From TPA_inf: Saccharomyces (lineage: Eukaryota), in assembly GCA_000146045.2 (NCBI GenBank), contig BK006941.2, forward strand, positions 1,024,001 through 1,088,000: DNA of 64,000 bases. Reading direction: 5' to 3'. Made by a program: the position numbers and the translations under genes. Below, piece after piece: positions 31,801 to 40,940 of the stretch. The notes beneath the pieces are model-generated. The model worked only from the letters and a program-made list of their open reading frames with translations, was not told the origin of the DNA and made no database searches. The first letter of the stretch is position 1. Each line of letters begins with the position of its first letter.

Positions 31801-33257
31801 ACAGATTCACAAAAGATACAGATAGCTTAGATAATGAGTTAACCGAAAGTTTACGGTTGATGACATCTCAATTTGCTAATATTGTAGGTGTTTGCGTCAT
31901 GTGTATTGTTTACTTGCCGTGGTTTGCTATCGCAATTCCGTTTCTTTTGGTCATCTTTGTTCTGATTGCTGATCATTATCAGAGTTCTGGTAGAGAAATT
32001 AAAAGACTTGAAGCTGTGCAACGGTCTTTTGTTTACAATAATTTAAATGAAGTTTTGGGTGGGATGGATACAATCAAAGCATACCGAAGTCAGGAACGAT
32101 TTTTGGCGAAATCAGATTTTTTGATCAACAAGATGAATGAGGCGGGATACCTTGTAGTTGTCCTGCAAAGATGGGTAGGTATTTTCCTTGATATGGTTGC
32201 TATCGCATTTGCACTAATTATTACGTTATTGTGTGTTACGAGAGCCTTTCCTATTTCCGCGGCTTCAGTTGGTGTTTTGTTGACTTATGTATTACAATTG
32301 CCTGGTCTATTAAATACCATTTTAAGGGCAATGACTCAAACAGAGAATGACATGAATAGTGCCGAAAGATTGGTAACATATGCAACTGAACTACCACTAG
32401 AGGCATCCTATAGAAAGCCCGAAATGACACCTCCAGAGTCATGGCCCTCAATGGGCGAAATAATTTTTGAAAATGTTGATTTTGCCTATAGACCTGGTTT
32501 ACCTATAGTTTTAAAAAATCTTAACTTGAATATCAAGAGTGGGGAAAAAATTGGTATCTGTGGTCGTACAGGTGCTGGTAAGTCCACTATTATGAGTGCC
32601 CTTTACAGGTTGAATGAATTGACCGCAGGTAAAATTTTAATTGACAATGTTGATATAAGTCAGCTGGGACTTTTCGATTTAAGAAGAAAATTAGCCATCA
32701 TTCCACAAGATCCAGTATTATTTAGGGGTACGATTCGCAAGAACTTAGATCCATTTAATGAGCGTACAGATGACGAATTATGGGATGCATTGGTGAGAGG
32801 TGGTGCTATCGCCAAGGATGACTTGCCGGAAGTGAAATTGCAAAAACCTGATGAAAATGGTACTCATGGTAAAATGCATAAGTTCCATTTAGATCAAGCA
32901 GTGGAAGAAGAGGGCTCCAATTTCTCCTTAGGTGAGAGACAACTATTAGCATTAACAAGGGCATTGGTCCGCCAATCAAAAATATTGATTTTGGATGAGG
33001 CTACATCCTCAGTGGACTACGAAACGGATGGCAAAATCCAAACACGTATTGTTGAGGAATTTGGAGATTGTACAATTTTGTGTATTGCTCACAGACTGAA
33101 GACCATTGTAAATTATGATCGTATTCTTGTTTTAGAGAAGGGTGAAGTCGCAGAATTCGATACACCATGGACGTTGTTTAGTCAAGAAGATAGTATTTTC
33201 AGAAGCATGTGTTCTAGATCTGGTATTGTGGAAAATGATTTCGAGAACAGAAGTTAA
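28824..33257 (+). CDS. YOR1: ABCC-family plasma-membrane multidrug (oligomycin) exporter
   Basis: The ORF 28809..33257 contains the 1477-aa Yor1 protein starting MTITVGDAVSETELENK. Two NBDs: Walker A GPIGTGKSS and GRTGAGKST, signatures LSGGQKARINLAR and FSLGERQLLALTRAL, Walker B IYLFDDVLSAVD and ILILDEATSSVD. Confidence 0.93.
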   Translation: MTITVGDAVSETELENKSQNVVLSPKASASSDISTDVDKDTSSSWDDKSLLPTGEYIVDRNKPQTYLNSDDIEKVTESDIFPQKRLFSFLHSKKIPEVPQTDDERKIYPLFHTNIISNMFFWWVLPILRVGYKRTIQPNDLFKMDPRMSIETLYDDFEKNMIYYFEKTRKKYRKRHPEATEEEVMENAKLPKHTVLRALLFTFKKQYFMSIVFAILANCTSGFNPMITKRLIEFVEEKAIFHSMHVNKGIGYAIGACLMMFVNGLTFNHFFHTSQLTGVQAKSILTKAAMKKMFNASNYARHCFPNGKVTSFVTTDLARIEFALSFQPFLAGFPAILAICIVLLIVNLGPIALVGIGIFFGGFFISLFAFKLILGFRIAANIFTDARVTMMREVLNNIKMIKYYTWEDAYEKNIQDIRTKEISKVRKMQLSRNFLIAMAMSLPSIASLVTFLAMYKVNKGGRQPGNIFASLSLFQVLSLQMFFLPIAIGTGIDMIIGLGRLQSLLEAPEDDPNQMIEMKPSPGFDPKLALKMTHCSFEWEDYELNDAIEEAKGEAKDEGKKNKKKRKDTWGKPSASTNKAKRLDNMLKDRDGPEDLEKTSFRGFKDLNFDIKKGEFIMITGPIGTGKSSLLNAMAGSMRKTDGKVEVNGDLLMCGYPWIQNASVRDNIIFGSPFNKEKYDEVVRVCSLKADLDILPAGDMTEIGERGITLSGGQKARINLARSVYKKKDIYLFDDVLSAVDSRVGKHIMDECLTGMLANKTRILATHQLSLIERASRVIVLGTDGQVDIGTVDELKARNQTLINLLQFSSQNSEKEDEEQEAVVAGELGQLKYESEVKELTELKKKATEMSQTANSGKIVADGHTSSKEERAVNSISLKIYREYIKAAVGKWGFIALPLYAILVVGTTFCSLFSSVWLSYWTENKFKNRPPSFYMGLYSFFVFAAFIFMNGQFTILCAMGIMASKWLNLRAVKRILHTPMSYIDTTPLGRILNRFTKDTDSLDNELTESLRLMTSQFANIVGVCVMCIVYLPWFAIAIPFLLVIFVLIADHYQSSGREIKRLEAVQRSFVYNNLNEVLGGMDTIKAYRSQERFLAKSDFLINKMNEAGYLVVVLQRWVGIFLDMVAIAFALIITLLCVTRAFPISAASVGVLLTYVLQLPGLLNTILRAMTQTENDMNSAERLVTYATELPLEASYRKPEMTPPESWPSMGEIIFENVDFAYRPGLPIVLKNLNLNIKSGEKIGICGRTGAGKSTIMSALYRLNELTAGKILIDNVDISQLGLFDLRRKLAIIPQDPVLFRGTIRKNLDPFNERTDDELWDALVRGGAIAKDDLPEVKLQKPDENGTHGKMHKFHLDQAVEEEGSNFSLGERQLLALTRALVRQSKILILDEATSSVDYETDGKIQTRIVEEFGDCTILCIAHRLKTIVNYDRILVLEKGEVAEFDTPWTLFSQEDSIFRSMCSRSGIVENDFENRS

Positions 33258-33782
33258 TTTATATTATTTGTTGCATGATTTTTCTCTTTTATTTATTTAT
33301 ATGTTGCCGATGGTACAAATTAGTACTAGAAAAGAAAACCCACTACTATGACTTGCAGAAAAAGTTATGTGTGCCATAGATAGATATAATTGCATACCCA
33401 CATTGTATACTCAAAATTCCGAAAAGAACATTTCATTTTTTATGAGGCAAACTGGACAACGCCTTCGGTCCTTTTTCATTCTAGAAATATATATTTATAC
33501 ATCATTTTCAGAAGATATTCAAAGAACTTATTGGGATGTCTGTTTACTGAATAAAGTATACACAAAATACGAATTTAAAATGGAAGGCATAAAATAGAAA
33601 ACTTAGAAGTGAAAATCCTAAAACCGAAGGATATTTCAAATACGTAAAAGAAGTGAAAGATAAAATAAAGCCTAAATAAGGAAGAAAAGAAGGGATAACA
33701 TTTTTTTTTGTTACTTTTTGCTTATTCCTCACCTAAACAGAAGGAAAAAGCCATTCTTGTTTAAAGAGTATTTTTAAAGCGT

Positions 33783-34724
33783 TCATGAAAAGTCACAGTC
33801 CAAGGAGTATTTCAAATTGTCACTTGAAGTGAAAACACCCCAGTGCTTCTCGACATCAGAGGTACCAGAGGTGTTTGGCTTCCAATCTTCATCAAAGGCT
33901 TCAAAAACAATAACGTTAACACCCCAAGCTCTCATGGAACAGATACCTTCTTTCCAGAATTGTTTGGCGTTGTCAACAGATGGGTAAGAACTTTCAAAGT
34001 TGGTACCATCAGTTGGCCAACCGGTCTCACCAACCCAGAAGGTAATATCGGTAGAACCTTTAGTAGATTGGATAACCTGTAGAGCTTGCATAATATCATC
34101 AAAGAATGAGTAAGAGGCATTTTGCATGGTTTGACCTTGCCAGTAGGAGAACGCGTTAGCCATAACAAAATCGGAAGCTTCGATAACGGCAGAATTGTAA
34201 CCAGCAACCAAAACATTCCAGGAATCGACAGTACCGACTTGCTTACCAGAGTATGACTTTCCGTCAGAATCGGAAATGTCAGCAACGACACTACGGACGT
34301 CATTAATTTTGTCTGATAATTGAGAGGCAGTCAAATCGTTACGGTATAAGGCTTCAGAACCAACCAAGAAACCAGCAACAGTGGATTCTTTAATTTTTGG
34401 CAAATAGGTTTGCAAAGCAGCCTTTTCAGCAGCGTAATGACTGTCGTCTGTTGGCCAAACACCGACAAAGATAGTAAATCCCTCAGCTTCAGCAGCAGGA
34501 CCTAAGTTTTGCAAAGTGTTACAATCTGAGGCAGCGTAAACTTTGACGGTGGAAGTGTAGCTCTTCAAAGCTTGTAATTCGGTTTCATAGTCGGAAGTGG
34601 ACTTACAAGTACCATCGTTGTTCTTGACACCCAAGTTAAAGGCTAGTTCACCAATAGCTGAAACTTGGGAGGCTGTGAAAAATAGCGCAGTAGCTGCAGT
34701 AGCGAGTGTAGTAGAGAAACGCAT
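33783..34724 (-). CDS. BGL2: Cell-wall endo-beta-1,3-glucanase/glucanosyltransferase, GH17
   Basis: 313-aa ORF. Signal peptide MRFSTTLATAATALFFTASQVSA and GH17 motifs (VGETGWPTDG, HWGVF). Confidence 0.9.
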   Translation of the reverse strand: MRFSTTLATAATALFFTASQVSAIGELAFNLGVKNNDGTCKSTSDYETELQALKSYTSTVKVYAASDCNTLQNLGPAAEAEGFTIFVGVWPTDDSHYAAEKAALQTYLPKIKESTVAGFLVGSEALYRNDLTASQLSDKINDVRSVVADISDSDGKSYSGKQVGTVDSWNVLVAGYNSAVIEASDFVMANAFSYWQGQTMQNASYSFFDDIMQALQVIQSTKGSTDITFWVGETGWPTDGTNFESSYPSVDNAKQFWKEGICSMRAWGVNVIVFEAFDEDWKPNTSGTSDVEKHWGVFTSSDNLKYSLDCDFS

Positions 34725-35014
34725 CTTTGACCGTTTTTCTTTTTGGTTAGTTGTCTATCTCAATAAACTTATATTGAAAAAAACAAGAAGAAGTCCAAAT
34801 TGTGAATGAGGAAAAGTTTCTTTATAAGGAGGCAGTTAAAATCAAAATAAACAAATATCCTCTTGTTTTCTTCGTGACATTTTTCTCTTTTTCAGGGCGA
34901 AAAACTGAAAGAAAAATTTTAACGTTTCTTTTACTAAAAATAGAACTGCATATCCGTAGAAAACGATGATTATATAACATAAATAGTAATATCAGTTATT
35001 AATTGCTATTTATT

Positions 35015-36040
35015 TCAACTTGCCCAACGCTGAAACATGGTAAGAGCTATGGGTAGGCTATCTTGAATGGGTATATTTCCCTGGGGTACGGAAGCAGGGA
35101 ATTGCAGTTGACCAGAAAAGTAATGATGCAAAGAAGAGGATTCTAAGTCAGATCTCCTGAAACAACGTTTTAAATGGCCCCATTTCCCGAAGATAAGCAG
35201 GATATTACAGGGTTTTTCTGATGTTGAACTTTTTTTCAGTTTTGCGATGTATGGTAGCTTTGTTTCTACCTTGTGGTACTTTGACAACTCTTCGTCGTAG
35301 TGGAAGTCACCACTGTTGACCCAAACGATCTTTGTGTAACCTTCGGACACCTCATTCAAAGTGCTTGCCATTCGAACATGATAGCCGAGTGGTTTTCCTT
35401 TGTAAGCATCTATGGGTGACACTACTTCTTTGCGCTCTGTATCAACTGTTACACGCGCAGTATTGGGAATATTTTGGTTAGATAACGTAATAATTTGATT
35501 CTTTCCTATATACACCAAATTTGTTAGAGCATCATCAGATTTACCTTTTGAGCTATCTCGTGCGATTGATAAGCCTTCCTTGTAGTGTTGTTCGGCAGAT
35601 GCGTTCATAAAAGGTAGCTGGTTCAATGGCGGAAAGGTAGATGCACACTTTAAATATAACTTGTTTTTTTTTTTGAATGTAGTATCCAGTAAGTTTGGAG
35701 GCGTTACAAAATATTGTAATAGTGTGGCAAGTAATAAACAATCAGAGATAGTCTCCTTTGATCTTGATTTTTTTTCATGCTTTTTATCTTTTGACTGGTC
35801 TAGAACTATGATTTCTTGAACATTGAACAATACAGCTGTCCGAGCTATTTGATATGCAGTAAATGTAACTTGCTCCAAATTATTACAATTGTCGATAACA
35901 GTTGTCGGTATGCATATGGAATATTTGACCACATTAGATTCTATATCCATGATTTTTTTTAGCTTCAATAGGCCTGTCTTTGCCTTTTTGGCAGCCCCCT
36001 CTTCGTGCTTAAGGCTCTCGGATTTATGTTTTACTGCCAT
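35015..36040 (-). CDS. Uncharacterised nucleolar protein; I recall YGR283C as a putative SPOUT-family methyltransferase
   Basis: 341-aa ORF in the expected position and size for YGR283C. The SPOUT assignment comes from established knowledge, not from a motif I can verify by eye. Confidence 0.65.
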   Translation of the reverse strand: MAVKHKSESLKHEEGAAKKAKTGLLKLKKIMDIESNVVKYSICIPTTVIDNCNNLEQVTFTAYQIARTAVLFNVQEIIVLDQSKDKKHEKKSRSKETISDCLLLATLLQYFVTPPNLLDTTFKKKNKLYLKCASTFPPLNQLPFMNASAEQHYKEGLSIARDSSKGKSDDALTNLVYIGKNQIITLSNQNIPNTARVTVDTERKEVVSPIDAYKGKPLGYHVRMASTLNEVSEGYTKIVWVNSGDFHYDEELSKYHKVETKLPYIAKLKKSSTSEKPCNILLIFGKWGHLKRCFRRSDLESSSLHHYFSGQLQFPASVPQGNIPIQDSLPIALTMFQRWAS

Positions 36041-36657
36041 CTTCCCCTATTATGCTACACTTCCCTTGGTAGATGTGTTTCACCTCATTGGTATCAATTA
36101 CCTCCTCTACTTAATATCCCAATTTCAACATGGTGTTTTCAAGCGATGAGGTGGAAAAAATTTCAAATAATATGTTTGGGTGTGCCCATTATTGCGGTTT
36201 ACAATAGTTGCTAAAGAGCTATTTATTAGGAATTTTTAAACTTTAGAGATTGCTTAAAGCGACTTTAAAGCGTTTCTTTGGAAAGATAGGAGAGCGGATG
36301 CTATCTCAAGAGCATCTCTTCAATGATTTAAGCAGTGACAGTGTAAAACAATTACGGACCAACGAAAATGGTCAAATCAAAACTAATTACAATAAATAAG
36401 TTCTATCATAATACAAGGGAATTCTGTGCGATATAACCACATTGATTGAAGGTAGAATATACAAGCCAACGTGAGACCAATCAAATTTCGTTAAGTGCGC
36501 CTATACAAAAAGAAATCTTTTATGTAGATATGACAGTAAGAAAAGTATATATGTGAGCTAGCAGGGTATTGAAAGCGATCACAAGAAGGCAAAACGAAAT
36601 AGATTGTTAGAAGATGAGTGAACAGAAGGGACATAAAGAAAAGATTTCCTTTACAAT

Positions 36658-37590
36658 CTAGTAAATCTTCTTCTTTTCATCAACGGATAATTCACCAGCG
36701 CCAGTATTAGTAACTAATAGAAGCCCACCAATGATGCTTAAGTTCTGGTAAAACTCATACTTCAAGAAATCTCTCTTAGTATTGTTATAAAACCAGTAGT
36801 TGTTTAGCGTGATATTGTAAAAAGTTAGTATCAAACCCAACATAATGGATGCGAATTTTGTCTTGTAACCAATGGCGAAACATATTGTGCCGATAATGGT
36901 CAAAACAACAGTAAACCATGATTTACTGAAAGTGAAAGCGATAAACATTAAAACAATTAAAATTCTACCAGCAAACAACAGGTAACCCTTCGCTTTGTCG
37001 TTTTTGCTGTTTAATTCAGGAAGCATACCGAATGTTGTCTTGTTTTGAACAATTGAATCGCTGAATGCAATTAACAACCCACCAATAACACTAAAGTTTC
37101 TTAGGACAAATGATGAACCCGTAAACAACCCATAAACTAATGCTTGAGAAATAACGCAAGCACATAACACACCGGTGGCATAATTGGTTTGCTTTCTTAA
37201 AACTAACAAACTGGCGCCAATCAACATGGAAACGGTAACAACCACTAGAAACACAACGACAAAGAAGTATGGGTAATGCTTCCACTTATTCAGATAAAAA
37301 ATTTGATCTGACCATTGTGATAAGATCCTAAACGAATCTTCATAAAAGGTGGCCACAATGAAAAATCTTGACAAACTTGGAATGTAAGGCTTCAATTTAT
37401 AAACAACTGCATTGTCAGTGAGCCCCTCAATTCTGGAGGCAAACTTTTCAAAAGAATGCTTCCATTGCTTTAAGATGCCAGAAGTGGATTGGTTCTGGTT
37501 TGATCTGAATTGTGCACCGCCAGAGTATGGTCCTTGCGATGATGACATTGGCATACCGCCAAAATTTCCAATAGGTCCTCTGTAAGACAT
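36658..37590 (-). CDS. ERV29: COPII cargo receptor, SURF4 family multi-pass ER membrane protein
   Basis: 310-aa ORF with multiple hydrophobic segments and a C-terminal di-lysine-type tail ...DEKKKIY. Confidence 0.85.
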   Translation of the reverse strand: MSYRGPIGNFGGMPMSSSQGPYSGGAQFRSNQNQSTSGILKQWKHSFEKFASRIEGLTDNAVVYKLKPYIPSLSRFFIVATFYEDSFRILSQWSDQIFYLNKWKHYPYFFVVVFLVVVTVSMLIGASLLVLRKQTNYATGVLCACVISQALVYGLFTGSSFVLRNFSVIGGLLIAFSDSIVQNKTTFGMLPELNSKNDKAKGYLLFAGRILIVLMFIAFTFSKSWFTVVLTIIGTICFAIGYKTKFASIMLGLILTFYNITLNNYWFYNNTKRDFLKYEFYQNLSIIGGLLLVTNTGAGELSVDEKKKIY

Positions 37591-37851
37591 TGATCTATCC
37601 TTTCAGTTTTGTTTTCACTTTTTTTGAGTCGTACTAATTGCAGCTATTGTAAGTAAATAAGGACACCTTTGATCTTTCGTTAAAGGTGTCCTTTATTTTT
37701 CGCCTTTCTCATTATTCCCTCTTCTCTCATCTTCTAGAAATACCTAAAAAGGGAACCGTTACCCGAACCTATTCATTATAGAAATAAAAGAGAACGTTCT
37801 CTATAATATTCGTATACATTCGTATATATTCTATTCCATTTCTTACGGTAT

Positions 37852-39153
37852 TCACACGAAGTAGGACAACAAGCTGGATGGTAGTTTGCCAGAATCGACA
37901 ATAGTCTTTGCAGATTCCTTCAAAACTTCCTTGGCACCAGCAGCATTGGCCTTGATCTTATCGGCGGTGGACACTAACTCTTCGTCATTCAAACTGTCAA
38001 CGATCAAACCAACTTGTTCGTCAATCGTGGTGGCCTTGTCAGCATCACCAAAGTAGTCAGCTTCCTTAGCAGAGTTACGGATGGCTCTCTTGTTCTTTTT
38101 CTTGGCGGCCTTAGCAGCTTCCTTAGCCTTCTTTTTGTCAGCTTTTGCGGAGGCGTTAGCCTTGGCTTCAGATTCAGCTTTAGCCTTCGCTTCAGCTTCG
38201 GCCTTGGCCTTAGCTTCAGCTTCAGCTCTGGCACCGGCTTCTCTTTCCCATTTTCTTCTTTCCTTTTCCTTCTTCTCTTCTTCTTTGAACATTTTGATAC
38301 GGGGATCTTCACTGACAGCTCTTTCAACAAGTTTGACCAATCTAGCGTTATCAGCAGTCTTCTTCTTGTCTCTTGCGGCCTTGTTCTTTCTTTCAATGTA
38401 ACGCTTGTGGTCTCTGTTAGAAGAGTCATCTGGGACATCTTCGTCCAAGAACTCAAAGGTTCTCCAGGAGTCAAATCTGTGCCAGAAAGCATAGAATTGT
38501 TCAACTTCCTTCTTGGAAGAATCTTTGTTACCTAGAGAAGGAATAGGAGTCTTCTTAGAAAAACGAGCTTCAGCTTCGAAAACGGGGCCCCAAGCTTCAT
38601 AAAAGTCATAATCGGTACCCTTCTTTGGAGGAGGAACATCGGCAACAAAATCACATGAGTCGTACTGAGCTCTCTTGTTGGAATCAGTCAAAGTTTCAAA
38701 GGCCTTTTGAATAATCTTGAAAAAGCCATCTTGGTCCAAACTACCACCAGCAGCAGATTGCTTGTCTGGATGGTACTTGACAACTTGTTTTCTGTGAGCC
38801 TTGATGATTTGACTTTCAGTAGCTCTGAAACGCAACTTAGACAAACCCATAGCAGCATACAAATCGGCAGTTTTCCAGTCTCTAGCATCATGAGTCAGTA
38901 AATCTTCATCGGCCAATTCAGTGTCGAATAACAACTCATCTGGGTCGACATTGGATTCATCAACGGTTTTGACGTTCTTTTCAGCTTCAATTCTTTCAAA
39001 TTCAGACCAGGTGTGGTTTCTCAAAGTTCTTTGAGCATGTTGCAAAAAGAACTTACCAACCGGTTCGACCGGACGACGGACGAATGGGGTTTTGGTAGCG
39101 GAACTGTTGACTTCAACAGTGATGTCTGAGGTTAGGGTAGGTAAAGAAAACAT
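37852..39153 (-). CDS. ZUO1: Ribosome-associated J-protein (zuotin)
   Basis: 433-aa ORF. J-domain with HPD (DLYAAMGLSK...KYHPDKQ) and a charged EAEAKAKAEAEAKAKAESEAKA helix region. Confidence 0.9.
   Translation of the reverse strand: MFSLPTLTSDITVEVNSSATKTPFVRRPVEPVGKFFLQHAQRTLRNHTWSEFERIEAEKNVKTVDESNVDPDELLFDTELADEDLLTHDARDWKTADLYAAMGLSKLRFRATESQIIKAHRKQVVKYHPDKQSAAGGSLDQDGFFKIIQKAFETLTDSNKRAQYDSCDFVADVPPPKKGTDYDFYEAWGPVFEAEARFSKKTPIPSLGNKDSSKKEVEQFYAFWHRFDSWRTFEFLDEDVPDDSSNRDHKRYIERKNKAARDKKKTADNARLVKLVERAVSEDPRIKMFKEEEKKEKERRKWEREAGARAEAEAKAKAEAEAKAKAESEAKANASAKADKKKAKEAAKAAKKKNKRAIRNSAKEADYFGDADKATTIDEQVGLIVDSLNDEELVSTADKIKANAAGAKEVLKESAKTIVDSGKLPSSLLSYFV
38100..38260. repeat. Imperfect tandem DNA repeat encoding the ZUO1 EAKAKAEAEAKAKA charged helix
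   Basis: Reiterated gcttcagcttcggccttggccttagcttcagc units. It produces long spurious ORFs on both strands (38004..38504, 38014..38535, 38081..38401). Confidence 0.7.
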
Positions 39154-39812
39154 CGTTACTCTTGTTGGTATATGTGAGACAAAACGAAGATTTTATAAAA
39201 GCATCGGTAGGAAAACCTTATGAAATTTTCTCTACCAGCTCTTGAAATAAAAATTTCGAACTCTTTGCAAAATTTCATCGAGAAAAAAAAAAGATTCGTA
39301 TTTGCGGGTAATATTTTTTGGACATTTGTATTAGGAGCGTTATGTTCATTAATGTCATCCAAAAGATAGTTATAAATCTATGATTGTATGGTTTCTTTGA
39401 CATATTTATAGTTAATATATATATATATATGTGTTTAATTTTATAAAAATTCCATCGTTTATATTCGATTATTTTTATATGTCAACCTTTTTTTTAAGAA
39501 ATGTTCATATTTAGTCAAGTTCTTAATGAAATGAACGGTTGAAAGTACAAGGCAACTATCATTTCAAGATATAAAAAAATTGCCCAAAAAAAAAAGGCCA
39601 TTTGATGAAATGTCTCATCGCGCTACGATTTCTGCTGTAATCAGAACTAAATGCGTGATCGGAAGTAATATTAGATATTGGATGCATAAAAGATAAAACG
39701 CCAGCTAACGATGGCAGAATAAATAGGTAAATATATATATATATAGGTTTTCTTAATAAATAAGGGAGAAATGTACAGTTAGAATCGTAGAATTATCCAC
39801 ATATCCCTATCT

Positions 39813-40940
39813 TCAAGATCTGTCGTACTTAAATGCCTCCATAGGTTGCAATCCCCATTTAGCCAACATTGCCTTGTCTTCGTCCCAACCGTTACACATT
39901 GTCGTCAGCATTTTCTTACCGGTGAAGATACTGTTACAACCTGCCATGAAACAGACAAATTGCTCTGTTTCTTTCATTGTATAACGACCAGCGGCAAGTC
40001 TTATAATGGCCTTTGGCATAACTATTCTCGCTGTGGCAATGGTTCTCAAAATTTCGTCGAATTGCAACTTTTTACTCTTTGGATCGGCAAGTTCCTCAGC
40101 CATTGGAGTCCCTTTGATAGCAACTAGTCTATTAATTGGTAGGGACTCAGGATGAGGAGACATATTGGATAATGTGTAGATGAATCCTATATGGTCGTCT
40201 TCGCTTTCACCGAGACCCAAAATACCACCGGTACAGGCTTTTATTCCAGATTCTTGGACATTCTTGATGGTCTGTAACCTGTCGTCGTAGGTTCTCGTGG
40301 TGATGACCTTACTATAGTGTTCTCTGGAAGTGTCGATGTTATGGTTGTATGCAGTCAAACCTGCATCTTTCAATTGCTTTGCTTGATCTTGATCAACCAT
40401 ACCTAAAGTAACACACGTTTCTAGCCCCATATCATTCACTTTGGTCACCATTTCCTGAATTCTTTTCATGGCTGATTTACGACCTTTCATGTCTCTCCAT
40501 GCAGCACCTAGGCAGAATCTAGTAGATCCGTTTCTTTTGGCCTCTTCTGCCTCTTTAATCACTTCATCCACTTTAACCATTTTCTCAGCCTTTAGACCGG
40601 TATCGTTTCTCGAAGACTGCGCACAATACTTACAGTCCTCAGAACAACCACCAGATTTGATGTTCATCAATGTGCACAATTGCACTTTGGTTGGATCGTG
40701 CCACTTTCTGTGCTGCAATTGTGCTGCATGAGTAAGTTCGAGCAGTGGGGTATGATAAATTTCTTTTAATTGCGATTTTGTCCACGAATGACTTGGTTCA
40801 TCTAAAGACAATGCATATTGTAGAGCACCCAGAGTACTAGCTTCTGAGGATGCAGTTGTCGATTTAACTGCGGCATTGGTTGCGTATTTAGTTAAAGCCG
40901 GTCTAGCGGTAGATAAATGACGGTAGATAGTAGACATCAT
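39813..40940 (-). CDS. BIO2: Biotin synthase (radical SAM)
   Basis: 375-aa ORF with radical-SAM cysteine triad CSEDCKYC (nt ~40622-40646 on the minus strand) and an N-terminal mitochondrial presequence-like region. Confidence 0.9.
   Translation of the reverse strand: MMSTIYRHLSTARPALTKYATNAAVKSTTASSEASTLGALQYALSLDEPSHSWTKSQLKEIYHTPLLELTHAAQLQHRKWHDPTKVQLCTLMNIKSGGCSEDCKYCAQSSRNDTGLKAEKMVKVDEVIKEAEEAKRNGSTRFCLGAAWRDMKGRKSAMKRIQEMVTKVNDMGLETCVTLGMVDQDQAKQLKDAGLTAYNHNIDTSREHYSKVITTRTYDDRLQTIKNVQESGIKACTGGILGLGESEDDHIGFIYTLSNMSPHPESLPINRLVAIKGTPMAEELADPKSKKLQFDEILRTIATARIVMPKAIIRLAAGRYTMKETEQFVCFMAGCNSIFTGKKMLTTMCNGWDEDKAMLAKWGLQPMEAFKYDRS

Noticed and set aside
38004-38535. Three 106-173-aa ORFs on both strands within ZUO1
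   Set aside because: They are artefacts of the stop-free tandem repeat that encodes the EAKA charged helix.
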